From assembly GCA_963838175.1 (NCBI GenBank), contig CAWIPP010000002.1:948738-1012737 (forward strand): a stretch of DNA of 64,000 nucleotides, in the 5' to 3' direction. A program made the position numbers and the translations under genes. Below the pieces are notes generated by a model. It made no database searches. It worked only from the letters and a program-made list of their open reading frames with translations, and was not told the origin of the DNA. The stretch comes from an uncultured Thermoleophilia bacterium. GTDB taxonomy: Bacteria > Actinomycetota > Thermoleophilia > Solirubrobacterales > 70-9. Positions 7,861 through 16,690 of this stretch are shown in pieces (position 1 is the stretch's first letter; each line of letters begins with the position of its first letter).

Positions 7861-8051
7861 CGACGGTCCAGTCAGTCCCGAGTCTAGCTCTGGGGAAGCG
7901 CCCGCCGAGGGCCTCTTGCGTCCGGGTGTATGGTGGTCATGCGCTTCGCCTCAAACCACGGCGAGCGAATCCTTCCGGCTCCGACCCTCGGCCGGTGTAT
8001 GGGCGTAACGACATAACGGTCTGCGCCGCAGCCACCGACGTTAGGAGCCAC

Positions 8052-9266
8052 ATGTCAGTCACGACCGAAAAGCCGTCGGGCGCCACAGAGATCCGTTCCT
8101 TCCGAGTCGAGGTTCCGCAGGAGGACTTGACCGACCTCCGGCAGCGCATCGCCGCCACGCGCTGGCCCACAAGTGAGCTCGTCGACGATCGTTCGCAGGG
8201 CGTCCAGCTGGCCACGACGAAGGCCCTGGCCGACTTCTGGGTAGACGAGTACGACTGGCGCGCGTGCGAGGCGAAGCTGAACGCGCTGCCGCAGTTCAAG
8301 ACCGAGATCGACGGCGTCGAGATCCACTTCATCCATGTGCGCTCAAAGCACGAGGACGCGCTGCCGCTGATCATGACCCACGGCTGGCCCGGCTCGGTCG
8401 TCGAGCTGCTCGAGACCGTCGGACCGCTCACCGACCCGACCGCACACGGCGGTCAGGCGGGGGACGCGTTCCACCTGGTGCTGCCGTCGTTGCCCGGCTA
8501 CGGATTCTCCAGTGAGCCGACCGAGCTTGGCTGGGATGCCGCCCGCACCGGCCGCGCGTGGGCGGAGCTGATGGGACCGCCTCGGCTATGAGCCGCTACG
8601 TCGCCCAGGGCGGCGACGTGGGTGCCCTCGTCACGGACCTGATGGGTCGCCAGGCGTGTCGAGGGTTTGGCCGGCTACCACCTGAACCTGCTGACGGCGG
8701 TGCTTGCGATCGGCGATCAGCTACCCAAGGAATCCGAACAGGAGCGCGCAGCGGCCGCGGCGGTCGCGACGTTCAGAGAAGACGGCTTCGGCTACTTCCT
8801 CGAGATGGCAACGCGGCCGCAGACGATCGGCTACTCCCTCCTGGATTCACCGGTCGCGCTGGCGGCCTGGCTGCTCGATCACGACACGGACAGCTACTAC
8901 AAGATCTCGCGCGCGTTCGTCGACGGCGAGCCGGTAGGCAATCTCACCCGGGACAGCATCGTCGACAACATCACGCTGTACTGGCTAACCGGCACCGCAG
9001 CGTCGGCGGCCCGGTCGTACTGGGAGGACGCCCGGGCGCTGGCGGCATCGCTTGCGAGCGGCCAGCCTCCCCCGGCGGTCACTGTGCCGGTCGGCTTCAC
9101 CACGTTCCCCGGCGAGATCTGGGCGACGCCGCGAAGCTGGGCGGAGGCCGTCTACCCGGGCCTCGCCTACTTCAACGAGGTCGAAAGGGGGGGCCACTTC
9201 GCCGCCTGGGAAGAGCCCGATGTGTTTGCCAGCGAGGTTCGCGCGGCGTTCCGGAAGCTCCGCTAG
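8052..9266 (+). pseudogene. Epoxide hydrolase (alpha/beta fold with N-terminal EHN domain), two frame shifts
   Basis: ATG at 8052 with AGGAG at 8043-8047. The product matches the intact paralog at 9389-10600 over its whole length but is split over three frames: 8052-8591, about 8580-8665 (..[18 protein letters not shown]..) and 8667-9266. Confidence 0.8.
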
Positions 9267-9269
9267 GCC

Positions 9270-9366
9270 ACCGTGTTCGACGAAGAGACCGTCAGCGAAC
9301 GCTCCCAGGGTGTCCAGCTGGCAGAGCTGCGCCCGCTCGTCGAGTACTGGGGGCCGACTACGACTG
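9270..9366 (+). pseudogene. Short fragment of a third epoxide-hydrolase N-terminal domain
   Basis: My own translation gives ..VFDEETVSERSQGVQLAELRPLVEYWG(A)DYD. Compare ..[28 protein letters not shown] in the next gene. It occupies the 122-nt gap between the two paralogs. Confidence 0.5.
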
Positions 9367-9388
9367 ACGCACGATCAAGGAGGTCGTC

Positions 9389-10600
9389 ATGAGCACCACG
9401 ATCGAAACCGCCAACGAGATCCGTCCGTTCCACGTCGACGTTCCGGAAGAGGAACTGGCCGACCTTCGCCGCCGGATTGCGGCAACGCGCTGGCCCGAGA
9501 AGGAGACCGTCGCAGATCATTCGCAGGGCGTGCCGCTCGCCATGACTCAGGAACTCGCCAACTACTGGGCCACGGACTACGACTGGCGCAATTGCGAGGC
9601 CGAGCTGAACGCTCTACCGCAGTTCATCACCGAGATCGACGGCCTGAACATCCATTACGTGCACGTTCGTTCGCAGCATGAAGACGCGTTGCCGCTAATC
9701 GTCAATCACGGATGGCCCGGCTCGATCATCGAGCAGCTGAAGATCATCGATCGGCTGACCGATCCCACGGCGCATGGGGCAAGCGCAGCGGATGCGTTTC
9801 ATCTAGTGATTCCGTCGATGCCCGGCTACGGGTTCTCCGGCAAGCCAACGAGCACCGGCTGGGGCCCCGAGCGCATGGGCCGAGCCTGGGCGGAGCTCAT
9901 GAGGAGGCTGGGCTATGACCGCTACGTCGCCCAAGGCGGCGACTGGGGTGCTTTCGTCGTGGACCAGATGGGCTTACAGGCACCTGACGGATTGCTCGCC
10001 ATCCACACCAACATGCCGGCCACGGTTCCGGCTGACGTCGACGAGGCACTCCAGGCTGGCGACCCGCCGCCATCCGATCTTTCAGCTGAGGAACGACGCG
10101 CCTATGCGCAGCTGGAGAGAACGTTCAAGCAAGTCGACTACGCCATGTACATGGCCGCGCGCCCGCAGACGTTGTACGGGATCGCGGACTCACCCGTCGG
10201 GCTGGCCGCCTGGCTTCTCGACCACAACGACGCCGACGACCAGCCGGCCGCAGCGGTCGTCGAGGCTGTGGACCGGACCACGAGCGCGAACGGGGAACTG
10301 ACGCGTGACGAGCTGCTCGACAACATCACGCTCTATTGGCTGACGAACACGGCGGTCTCTGCTTCCCGTCTCTATTGGGAATACAAGGGTGGCTTCTTCA
10401 ACGCGAAGGGCGTCTCGATTCCGGTCGCCGTGAGCGTCTTTCCCGGCGAGCAATACGAGGCGCCGCGGAGCTGGACGGAGCGGGCCTATCCGAATCTCAT
10501 CCACTACAACGAGGTCGACAAGGGTGGGCATTTCGCGGCGTGGGAACAGCCGGAACTCTTCTCAGAAGAGCTCCGCACAGGGTTCCGAAAGCTCCGCTAG
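9389..10600 (+). CDS. Epoxide hydrolase (EHN + alpha/beta hydrolase), intact
   Basis: 403 aa with AAGGAGG upstream. ..[64 protein letters not shown].. Confidence 0.9.
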   Translation: MSTTIETANEIRPFHVDVPEEELADLRRRIAATRWPEKETVADHSQGVPLAMTQELANYWATDYDWRNCEAELNALPQFITEIDGLNIHYVHVRSQHEDALPLIVNHGWPGSIIEQLKIIDRLTDPTAHGASAADAFHLVIPSMPGYGFSGKPTSTGWGPERMGRAWAELMRRLGYDRYVAQGGDWGAFVVDQMGLQAPDGLLAIHTNMPATVPADVDEALQAGDPPPSDLSAEERRAYAQLERTFKQVDYAMYMAARPQTLYGIADSPVGLAAWLLDHNDADDQPAAAVVEAVDRTTSANGELTRDELLDNITLYWLTNTAVSASRLYWEYKGGFFNAKGVSIPVAVSVFPGEQYEAPRSWTERAYPNLIHYNEVDKGGHFAAWEQPELFSEELRTGFRKLR

Positions 10601-11575
10601 GTGACCGTCCTCGACCGTCTGCACCAGCCGTTCGAACGTCTGCACGTGCCCTCGCTCGACGGGGCAACCGAGTGGCTCAACTCCGAGCCACTCGGTCCCG
10701 CCGAGCTGCGCGGCCACGTCGTCCTCATCAACTTCTGGACGCTGACATGCATCAACTGGCTGCGCCAGGAGCCGTACGTCCGTGCGTGGGCGCAGGCCTA
10801 CCGAGACGATGGGCTGGTCGTGATCGGGGTCCACACGCCCGAATTATCCTTCGAGCACGAGATCGATCGCGTGCGGCAGGCGACGAGGAAGCGAGCGATC
10901 GTCTACCCGGTCGCGGTCGACAACGACTACGAGATCTGGCGCGCATTCGCCAACCACTACTGGCCGGCGCTCTACTTCGTTGATGCGGACGGCATCATCC
11001 GCGACCACCACTTCGGCGAGGGACGGTACGAGGAATCTGAGCAAGTAATCCAGGGCCTGCTCGGCATCGAGCGCGAGCTCACATCGGTAGAAGGGGTCGG
11101 CGCGGAGGCGGAGGCCGACTGGGACCGCCTGCGGACTCCCGAGACGTATCTCGGCCACGGGCGCGGCGAGCGCTTCGCGTCGCCGAATCGTGCCGATATC
11201 GACGAACGTCGGGTCTACGTTCGCCCTGAGCGGCTCCGGTTCAACCAATGGGCACTCGCCGGCGAGTGGACGATCGGGCTCGAGAACGTCGTGCTCAACC
11301 AGGCAGGCGGGAGCATCGCCTGCCGCTTCGAGGCTCGTGACGCGCATCTCGTGCTGTCCAGCACTGCGTCAAAGCCAATCCCGTTTCGCGTAGTCCTCGA
11401 CGGCGAGCCTCCGGGATCGTCCCAGGGCGCCGACATCGACGCGGACGGCTACGGCATGCTTCGCGACGGCCGCCTGTACCAACTGGTACGCCAGCACGAC
11501 ACGGTCCGCGAGCGGACGCTGGAGATCACGTTCCTCGAGCCGGGCGCCGAGGCCTATGCGTTCACTTTCGGCTAG
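10601..11575 (+). CDS. Thioredoxin-fold (redoxin/DipZ C-terminal-like) protein with an extra C-terminal beta-rich domain; single-Cys active-site position
   Basis: 324 aa. GTG at 10601 directly follows the TAG of the previous gene. ..VVLINFWTLTCINWLRQEPYV..GLVVIGVHTPEF..WPALYFVDADG.. The site where CxxC is expected reads C-I-N-W. Confidence 0.7.
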   Translation: MTVLDRLHQPFERLHVPSLDGATEWLNSEPLGPAELRGHVVLINFWTLTCINWLRQEPYVRAWAQAYRDDGLVVIGVHTPELSFEHEIDRVRQATRKRAIVYPVAVDNDYEIWRAFANHYWPALYFVDADGIIRDHHFGEGRYEESEQVIQGLLGIERELTSVEGVGAEAEADWDRLRTPETYLGHGRGERFASPNRADIDERRVYVRPERLRFNQWALAGEWTIGLENVVLNQAGGSIACRFEARDAHLVLSSTASKPIPFRVVLDGEPPGSSQGADIDADGYGMLRDGRLYQLVRQHDTVRERTLEITFLEPGAEAYAFTFG

Positions 11576-11578
11576 CCG

Positions 11579-11803
11579 ATGAATCGCGCGGACGATTGGG
11601 TCGTAGTTGAGGTCGCCCGAAGCGAGCCTGAGGCGGAGCTGCTCTGCTCGGTCTTGCGTGGCGCCGGTATCGAGTGCCTGCCCCGGTTGACGAACAGCGG
11701 GGCCGGGGCAGGTGACGGCCTGGGGACCGGCGGGGCGCACGACATTCTGGTCAGCCCTGCCGACGACAAAGAGGCACGCGACCTCCTGAGTGGGACTCGA
11801 TGA
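11579..11803 (+). CDS. DUF2007-like small protein (putative signal-transduction fold)
   Basis: 74 aa. MNRADDWVVVEVARSEPEAELLCSVLRGAGIEC..ILVSPADDKEARDLL. The start is 3 nt after the previous stop. Confidence 0.55.
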   Translation: MNRADDWVVVEVARSEPEAELLCSVLRGAGIECLPRLTNSGAGAGDGLGTGGAHDILVSPADDKEARDLLSGTR

Positions 11804-11810
11804 GCTAGCC

Positions 11811-12062
11811 ATGGACGTTGGCGCCTTGGAGGACCTCTTGCGTGAAGCTGAAGAGCGCCACGGGGCGTACGAAGCGTCGGCTCCCAAGCACCACTGGTCG
11901 TCCTGGTACGCCTCGTACATCAGCTCCCGTCGAAAGGGGAATACGCCCGAGCGCGCCTCTGCGGATGCCGGGCTCTACACGGAGTACGTAGTGCCGGACC
12001 GAGCCAGACGCCGGGCGAGGGCGTGGCCTGGCGGCGTCGATGCCGGTAAACCGAGGGTGTGA
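11811..12062 (+). CDS. Hypothetical protein
   Basis: ATG at 11811 within ORF 11790-12062. MDVGALEDLLREAEERHGAYEASAPKHHWSSWYASYI.. Its stop overlaps the next start (TGATG). No family recognised. Confidence 0.45.
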   Translation: MDVGALEDLLREAEERHGAYEASAPKHHWSSWYASYISSRRKGNTPERASADAGLYTEYVVPDRARRRARAWPGGVDAGKPRV

Positions 12063-12679
12063 TGTCCGATCCCGGCTTCGTCTCTCGCGACTTCACCGGG
12101 CGCCGACGCGGCGCCGCCGAGAGCGCCGACCGGCTCCCTCCCGGTCAGTACGACGAGTCGGGATTCCCGGTTCTAACGGCAGGGCCGACGCCGGACATCG
12201 CGACCTCGGAGTGGAGCTTCCGGATCGACGGCATGGTCGCCGAGGAGGCCGAGTGGAGCTGGGAGGAGTTCGGGGCGCTCGAGTTCGATGAGATCCCGTG
12301 CGACATTCACTGCGTGACCAGCTGGTCGAAGCTCGGGACCAGCTTCGGCGGGGTGTCGATGGACGTTCTCATCGATGCCGCCGAACCGCTCGGCGCCTAC
12401 GCGATGGTCCACAGCTATGGGGGCTACACGACGAACCTGGCGATCGAGGACCTCACCGACGGCAAGGCGTGGGTCGTGATCGAGCACGAGGGCGAGCCGC
12501 TGGAGCGCGCGCACGGCGGGCCGGCCAGGCTGCTGGTCCCGCACCTCTACTTCTGGAAGAGCGCCAAATGGGTCGCCGGGCTGCGGGTGATGGACCACGA
12601 TGAGCCCGGGTTCTGGGAGGCCAACGGCTATCACAACCGCGGCGACCCCTGGAAGGAGGAGCGCTACTGGACCGATTGA
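12062..12679 (+). CDS. Sulfite-oxidase-fold molybdopterin oxidoreductase (YedY/MsrP/YuiH-like), no Tat or Sec signal
   Basis: 205 aa. ..DRLPPGQYDESGFPVLTAGPTP..WSFRIDGMV..CDIHCVTSWSKLGTSFGGVS..HGGPARLLVPHLYFWKSAKWVAGLRVMDHDEPGFWE.. There is no hydrophobic N-terminal segment. Confidence 0.8.
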   Translation: MSDPGFVSRDFTGRRRGAAESADRLPPGQYDESGFPVLTAGPTPDIATSEWSFRIDGMVAEEAEWSWEEFGALEFDEIPCDIHCVTSWSKLGTSFGGVSMDVLIDAAEPLGAYAMVHSYGGYTTNLAIEDLTDGKAWVVIEHEGEPLERAHGGPARLLVPHLYFWKSAKWVAGLRVMDHDEPGFWEANGYHNRGDPWKEERYWTD

Positions 12680-12684
12680 CAGAG

Positions 12685-13401
12685 ATGGAGGTAAGCCAGC
12701 GCGCCCCGGGCCGCTGGCAGATCGCCACCGTGACCGGAATCCGCGAGGAGACAGCGCGGGTGAAGACGTTCCGTCTCGCGCTGCCGATGTGGATGCCGTT
12801 CCTGCCGGGCCAGCACATGGATGTCCGCCTCACGGCACCGGACGGTTACCGGGCGCAGCGCTCGTATTCGATCGCGTCCTCGCCGCTTGACCGCGGCGAG
12901 GTCGAGCTGACAATCGATCGCCTGGAGGAGGGCGAGGTCTCCAGCTACTTCCACGAAGTCGTGGTCGAGGGGGACCAGGTCGAAGTCCGCGGGCCGTTCA
13001 CTTCGTATTTTGTCTGGCGCGGCGAGTCACCGGCGCTGCTGCTCGGTGGCGGCTCGGGCGTCGTGCCCTTGATGTCAATGATGCGCCATCGCCGCCGCAC
13101 GATGCCGGACCTAGCGATGGAGTTGATTTACTCGGCCCGCAGCGTCGAGGAGCTGATCTACGCCGATGAGCTCGACGGCGACGTCACCGTGGCCCTGACC
13201 CGACATACGCCGGACGGGTGGCGGGGTCATACCGGGCGGATCGACGCCGAGCTGATCGCCGAGCCCGCCTCCCGGGCGCGGATCGTCTTCATCTGCGGCT
13301 CGCACGGGTTCGTCGAGGCGGCGTCGGCGCTGGCGCTCGAGGCGGGGGTCGACCCGCGGATGGTCCGCACCGAGCGCTTCGGACCGACCGGGCAGCCGTG
13401 A
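12685..13401 (+). CDS. FNR-like FAD/NAD(P)-binding oxidoreductase (flavin reductase module, no Fe-S domain)
   Basis: ATG at 12685, 5 nt after the stop of the Mo-enzyme gene. ..RVKTFRL..GQHMDVRL..RAQRSYSIASSP (RxYS FAD motif)..LLLGGGSGVVPLMSM (NAD motif).. Confidence 0.8.
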   Translation: MEVSQRAPGRWQIATVTGIREETARVKTFRLALPMWMPFLPGQHMDVRLTAPDGYRAQRSYSIASSPLDRGEVELTIDRLEEGEVSSYFHEVVVEGDQVEVRGPFTSYFVWRGESPALLLGGGSGVVPLMSMMRHRRRTMPDLAMELIYSARSVEELIYADELDGDVTVALTRHTPDGWRGHTGRIDAELIAEPASRARIVFICGSHGFVEAASALALEAGVDPRMVRTERFGPTGQP

Positions 13402-14033
13402 TGGACCACGCGTCTGCCATACAGGGCCTCAAGTGTGCGGACCTGGTCGACGCGATGGGGCGGCTGCATCGGCACCGCTGCCACATCCTCGATCTCGTCA
13501 GTCCGACGCCGGGGCGGGTCCTGTTCGGCCCCGCGGTGACCATCTCCTACTTCCCGACCTGCTCGGCTTCGTTTGATCCCGAGCGCTACAACCTGGCCAA
13601 TCTCTTCTACGAAGCGGTCGGTGACGACCCGCAGGGCAAGGTCCTCGTGCTCGCCTCCAACGGTTACGCCGATGTCTCGATGGGCGGCGGAACCAAGCTC
13701 TCGCGCCTGCAGCACCATGGTCTGGCCGGCGTGCTCACCGACGGACGCCTGCGCGACTTCGACGAGCTGGCGGGATACGACTTCGCCGCTTACTGCGCGG
13801 GTGAGGCGACGCGATGGGGCGGGGGCGAGGTGACACCGTTTCAGGCCAACGTACCCGTGGTCTTGGGCGGCGTCGGAGTGATCCCCGGCGTGTATGTGTA
13901 CGCCGACTCCGCGGGCGCAGTCGTGATCCCGCCCGGCGACCTCGAGCAAGTTCTTGCCGCAGCACGTTCAATCGAAGCGGACGACATGCGGTACCGCGCG
14001 GAGATCGCCCGGGAGAAAGGCCCGCCGACTTAG
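13401..14033 (+). CDS. RraA family protein (RNase E regulator / HMG-aldolase-like fold)
   Basis: ATG at 13401 overlaps the previous TGA (GTGATGG). 210 aa. ..[53 protein letters not shown].. Confidence 0.7.
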   Translation: MDHASAIQGLKCADLVDAMGRLHRHRCHILDLVSPTPGRVLFGPAVTISYFPTCSASFDPERYNLANLFYEAVGDDPQGKVLVLASNGYADVSMGGGTKLSRLQHHGLAGVLTDGRLRDFDELAGYDFAAYCAGEATRWGGGEVTPFQANVPVVLGGVGVIPGVYVYADSAGAVVIPPGDLEQVLAAARSIEADDMRYRAEIAREKGPPT

Positions 14034-14083
14034 ATGACTGCAGGCGTTCCGAGACTAGTTTTTCAACGAGAAGGGACCATCCG

Positions 14084-14599
14084 ATGAGCGACACCACCGA
14101 GACCGCGATCCTCGCGGGAGGATGCTTTTGGGGCGTTCAAGAGCTGCTGCGCCAGCGCGACGGGGTCATCTCTACGCGGGTCGGATACACCGGCGGGGAG
14201 AACGACCACCCGACTTACGCGGACCATCCGGGTCACGCGGAGGCGGTCGAGATCGTCTTCGACCCGGAGCGCATCTCCTACCGAGACATCCTCGAGTTCC
14301 TCTTTCAGATCCATGACCCGACGACAATGGACCGCCAGGGGAACGACATCGGCTCTGCCTACCGCTCCGAGATCTTCTATACGAGCGACGAGCAGCGCGA
14401 GGTCGCCGAGGACACGATTGCCGACGTCGACGCGTCAAGCCTCTGGCCTGGCAAGGTCGTGACCGAGATCAGCGAAGCCGGCCCATTCTGGGAGGCCGAG
14501 GCCGAGCACCAGGACTACCTCCAGAACTACCCGAACGGCTACACGTGCCACTACCCGCGGCCGGGCTGGAAGCTGCCACATCGCGAGACCGCGGCATAA
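14084..14599 (+). CDS. msrA: Peptide-methionine (S)-S-oxide reductase
   Basis: 171 aa. [52 protein letters not shown].., the canonical GCFWG active site. Confidence 0.92.
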   Translation: MSDTTETAILAGGCFWGVQELLRQRDGVISTRVGYTGGENDHPTYADHPGHAEAVEIVFDPERISYRDILEFLFQIHDPTTMDRQGNDIGSAYRSEIFYTSDEQREVAEDTIADVDASSLWPGKVVTEISEAGPFWEAEAEHQDYLQNYPNGYTCHYPRPGWKLPHRETAA

Positions 14600-14689
14600 C
14601 TCAGCCAGGGGGCATGACGACAGCAGCGCAGGGCCGGAGCCCTGGTGAGCGGACATTCAGCGGTCCGGAGATGTGCGCTTTGGACTGCC

Positions 14690-15963
14690 ATGAAGAAGGG
14701 CCCCCTTCGGTGACACGCTCCGGCTGTCACCAAGGAGCGGCTCAAAGGAGGCCCGACTTCAATGTTGCACGCCGGATTGGATCTCAGTCGACGCAAGGTC
14801 GACGTCTGTCTGCTCTCCGACGAAGGGGAGCACCTCGACCAACTCGCCACGCCACCTGACGCCGAGTCACTGAGAAGGCTGGCGAGGCGGATCGAGGAAG
14901 TCCACCACGAGCCCGTCTGCGCCGTCGTCGAGTCGATGACCGGCGCCCGGCTCGTTCACGACACGCTCGAACAAGAGGGCTGGGACGTCGAGATCGCCGA
15001 CGCCCAGAAGGTCAAGGGCCTCGCGCCGCTTGCCTGCAAGACCGACAAGATCGACTCGAAGGTGCTGGCGGTGCTCAGCCACCGCGACCTGGTGCCGGCA
15101 ATCTGGCTGCCCGATCCGCGGGTTCGCGAGGAGCGCGAGCTCGCCCGCTTCAGGCTGCACCTGGTCAAGCACCGCTCGATGCTCAAGCACCGGATTCACT
15201 CGACGCTCGTCAACTTCGGAAAGCCCTGCCCGGTCACCGACCTGTTCGGGGTCGAGGGTCGCCGGCTGCTCGAGCGACTGCAGGTGCCCGAGCCCTGGCG
15301 CTCAAACGTCAGCGCCTCGGTCGTGCTGATCGACGACCTCGAAGACCAGATCGCCGAGATCAATCGGCGCCTGAAGGCCGGCCACGCCGATCACCCATAC
15401 ATCCCGCTGTTGATGAGCGCACCCGGAATCGGCTGGGTGCTCGCGTTTACGATCGCCGCGGAGATCGGCGAGATCTCCCGGTTTGCGAGCCCCGCCAAGC
15501 TCGCCGGCTACACCGGCCTCTGCCCGCGCGTCGTCCAGTCGGGGGACTCCGATCGCCGCGGCCCGCTGACCAAGCACGGGCCTCGATATCTGCGCTGGGC
15601 GTTGCTCGAGGCGACCATGCACGCGCTCAAGCACCCCGCCTACGCCGAGCGCTATCAGCGCAACAAGAGGAGGCTCGGCAAGCAGCGCGGCGCGAAGGTC
15701 GCCCAGATCGACATCGCGCGGCGGCTTTGCCACGCGATCTGGCACATGCTTTCTCGCCAAGAGAAGTTCGCTCCCCGAGGCGCCGCTCTTCGTCTGGCGG
15801 CATAGATCGCCCTTTTGGACTTGCGCCCGCGAGCGAACGATCCGATTTCGCCTGGTCCTCCCGTCGAGGAGGCCATAGAGACATGAGCGCTGCTCCACAC
15901 CCCGAGCGCGAGAGGAGGTCGACTGAGCTACCGACCGTTACTTGACACCCGGCCCTTCTTCAT
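14690..15963 (+). mobile_element. IS110-family insertion sequence (boundaries provisional)
   Basis: A 13-nt perfect inverted repeat, atgaagaagggcc at 14690-14702 and ggcccttcttcat at 15951-15963, brackets the transposase gene. It lies between msrA and tRNA-Gly. Confidence 0.5.
14762..15805 (+). CDS. IS110 family transposase
   Basis: 347 aa with AAAGGAGG upstream. MLHAGLDLSRRKVDVCLL.. (DEDD N-terminal domain) and ..LMSAPGIGWVLAFTIAAEIGEISRFASPAKLAGYTGLCP..SGDS.. (transposase_20 C-terminal domain). Confidence 0.92.
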   Translation: MLHAGLDLSRRKVDVCLLSDEGEHLDQLATPPDAESLRRLARRIEEVHHEPVCAVVESMTGARLVHDTLEQEGWDVEIADAQKVKGLAPLACKTDKIDSKVLAVLSHRDLVPAIWLPDPRVREERELARFRLHLVKHRSMLKHRIHSTLVNFGKPCPVTDLFGVEGRRLLERLQVPEPWRSNVSASVVLIDDLEDQIAEINRRLKAGHADHPYIPLLMSAPGIGWVLAFTIAAEIGEISRFASPAKLAGYTGLCPRVVQSGDSDRRGPLTKHGPRYLRWALLEATMHALKHPAYAERYQRNKRRLGKQRGAKVAQIDIARRLCHAIWHMLSRQEKFAPRGAALRLAA

Positions 15964-16173
15964 AGAGACGACGAGGAGCGCCCGGGCGGGCTCCGCCGAG
16001 CCGCTCCTCCTTCGCGCGACGAGCGGAAGCGCTGGAACGTTCACTCGCAATCCTCTCAAGCGCTACCTCGCTGAACGCCGACCACTGAATCGATGCCAGC
16101 GACGGTCTGCCACTGGCAGAACCGCGACCACAGCAGAGCCGAAAACGGCCGCAAGCCTTACGCCCTGGTGAAA

Positions 16174-16247
16174 AGCGGCTGATGGGATTCGAACCCACGA
16201 CCTTCTGCATGGCAAGCAGACGCTCTAGCCAACTGAGCTACAGCCGC
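16174..16247 (-). tRNA. tRNA-Gly (anticodon GCC)
   Basis: Folded by hand as 74 nt: GCGGCTG TA GCTC AGTTGGCTA GAGC G TCTGC TTGCCAT GCAGA AGGTC GTGGG TTCGAAT CCCAT CAGCCGC T. It has a 7-bp acceptor stem, a TTCGAAT T-loop and discriminator U. CCA is not encoded. Confidence 0.9.
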
Positions 16248-16275
16248 GCGAGCGGCCGAGTATAGGGACGCGGCC

Positions 16276-16690
16276 TCAGGCGTCGAGCGTCTCGTTGACG
16301 AGCAGGTCGGCGGCCTCGTTGTCCTCCCGGCGGACGTGGCGGACCGACCACTCGTCGAACCCCTCGAGGGCGTCTGCAGGACCTCCGCTCGAGAGCGGCT
16401 TCAGGCCCGGCGTTCTTGACCTTGTACTCGCCCTTGATCTGCTTGACGACGAGCTCGGAGTCGCCGATCAGCTCGATCTCGGAGGCGCCGAGCTCGCGGG
16501 CGAGCTCGATCCCGAGCAGCATCGCCCGGTACTCGGCGACGTTGTTGGTCGCCTGCCCGACCAGCTCGCCGCGGCTGCGTCAGCTCTCGCCGTCGGGCGT
16601 CGCCGCGACGGCCGCCGCCGCCGCGGGGCCCGGGTTGCCGCGCGCGCCGCCGTCGACGTTGACGACGAGCCTGCGGTGGCGCCGGAGGGG
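16276..16690 (-). CDS. RNase H (type 1, actinobacterial RNase H/CobC-N-terminal-like); frame-disrupted here
   Basis: ..LVVNVDGGARGNPGPA..GQATNNVAEYRAMLLGIELARELGASEIELIGDSELVVKQIKGEYKVKNAG, then a +1 shift near 16395 into LKPL..WSVRHVRREDNEAADLLVNETLDA* (stop at 16276-16278). There is also an in-frame TGA at 16580-16582. The start is not resolved. Confidence 0.6.

Noticed and set aside
7861-8051. A search for an ANTAR target (two tandem stem-loops with hexanucleotide loops) in the leader divergent from the ANTAR gene
   Set aside because: Only irregular hairpins with 9-nt or larger loops were found by eye. A covariance-model search is needed before any claim.
15938-16173. Possible excisionase or small regulator between the IS110 element and tRNA-Gly (ORF 15938-16210)
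   Set aside because: The ORF starts inside the tRNA gene. Its translation (..[29 protein letters not shown]..) has no helix-turn-helix or Xis-like pattern that I can recognise.
16580-16582. In-frame TGA in the RNase H gene as a possible selenocysteine codon (a selenium-binding protein gene is nearby)
   Set aside because: There is no SECIS-like hairpin directly downstream, no selA/selB/selD or tRNA-Sec in the window, and RNase H is not a known selenoprotein. SBP56 binds selenium without Sec. The codon lies in a block saturated with indel-type errors, and two compensating indels would remove it.
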